In this document: positions 63,244-64,000 of the stretch, piece by piece | Position numbering within the stretch: the first letter of the stretch is position 1 | How the letters are laid out: each line of letters begins with the position of its first letter | Assembly (NCBI GenBank): GCA_963640325.1 | Contig: CAVHXY010000007.1 | Span: 29,668 to 93,667, forward strand | Reading direction: 5' to 3' | Source: Tidjanibacter sp. | Lineage (GTDB): Bacteria; Bacteroidota; Bacteroidia; Bacteroidales; Rikenellaceae | Length of the DNA: 64,000 bases | Notes under the pieces: model-generated | Databases searched by the model: none | Told to the model about the DNA's origin: nothing | Seen by the model: only the letters and a program-made list of their open reading frames with translations | Translations under genes and position numbers: made by a program

Positions 63244-63272
63244 TTAACTTTCCTGCTTACACTGTTCCCCCG

Positions 63273-64000
63273 TTATAGTTTTCTGCTCAACTGCTCCATG
63301 AGGACCGCATACTCTTCGTCTGCAGCCGTCATGAATTCATACTCGGCCACATGACCATGTTCTGCCGACAGCCCATACTTCTCCAACAGAAATTTCACTC
63401 TCTCGGCTACGGCATGCGATGGATCGACGAGGTGTATATCCCTCCCCCCTATCACCTCCTTCATGCGTTCAGCCAGAAAGGGATAGTGTGTACACCCCAA
63501 CACAATCTCATCCGCCCCCGCATCAATAAGCGGCTGCAGGACTTTGCGCACCTGCGCCAATGCCTCCGGAGAATCAATCTTGGAATTCTCCACCAATTCC
63601 ACGAACTTTTCACCAACAGCTGAAATAATCTTCACCTTGTCACCATAGCGGGCCGATGTATTGTGAAACAGCTCTCCCTCCAAAGAGCTCTTGGTAGCCA
63701 GAATGCCTATCACCCCGCTCTTGCTCTGCAATGCGGCCGGTTTCACTGCCGGCTCCATGCCTACGAATGGGATGTCGTAGTGGCTGCGCAGGTACTCAAT
63801 TGCCACCGCTGTAGCCGTATTGCATGCCAACACAATGAGTTTCGCACCACGGTCAAGCAACTGTTTCACAGCATCCTCCACATATCCGCGCAACTCCTCA
63901 ATTGGCTTGCCTCCATAAGGACAGTTCTTGCCGTCACCGAAGAACACAATTGACTCCTCGGGCAACAACGCCTTCACTTCCCGCCATACCGACAAGCCAC
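63273..64000 (-). CDS. murI: Glutamate racemase (5' end outside window)
   Basis: CPYG, LACNTAT, GMEPAVKPA, VLGCTHYPFL. Confidence 0.95.
   Translation of the reverse strand, partial: GLSVWREVKALLPEESIVFFGDGKNCPYGGKPIEELRGYVEDAVKQLLDRGAKLIVLACNTATAVAIEYLRSHYDIPFVGMEPAVKPAALQSKSGVIGILATKSSLEGELFHNTSARYGDKVKIISAVGEKFVELVENSKIDSPEALAQVRKVLQPLIDAGADEIVLGCTHYPFLAERMKEVIGGRDIHLVDPSHAVAERVKFLLEKYGLSAEHGHVAEYEFMTAADEEYAVLMEQLSRKL

Noticed and set aside
1..64000. CRISPR arrays, IS elements, rRNA
   Set aside because: No regularly spaced repeats, transposase motifs or rRNA-like sequence were seen.

Overview
This is a 64-kb chromosomal window from a Bacteroidota bacterium, probably Bacteroidales (Rikenellaceae-like), judged from TAnnTTTG promoters, a hybrid two-component system next to a GH53, and NigD-like, DUF2795 and DUF5689 genes. 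Most of it is housekeeping: dnaB, comM/comEC, nadB, prmA, xerD, nusB, yajC, cobB, two tRNA-Pro, uvrA, obgE, nadE, tmk, sufBCDS, gyrA, lolA, ftsK and murI. The notable element is a ~2-kb phage-derived fragment (~32970-34930). It encodes an N-truncated MuF-like polymorphic toxin (papain-fold Cys/His/Asp domain plus a probable C-terminal nuclease domain), followed by a 74-aa immunity-like gene. Between them lies a promoter-flanked, self-terminating ~80-nt structured RNA on the opposite strand. A second, toxin-less copy of the RNA + 74-aa gene cassette sits ~30 kb away between ftsK and murI. Both RNAs share a promoter context, fold architecture, a CCAGTAC...TAGATGT core and a CTTGTTTTTA tail. This suggests an RNA-plus-protein antitoxin cassette kept as orphan immunity; that function is inference. 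Other points are a DnaA-box-like array upstream of dnaB, a carboxyltransferase whose biotin-carrier domain lacks the acceptor lysine, an unlisted 53-aa Arc-like gene with a candidate operator, and a decayed outer-membrane receptor gene. All family calls come from motif recognition by eye; no searches were run.
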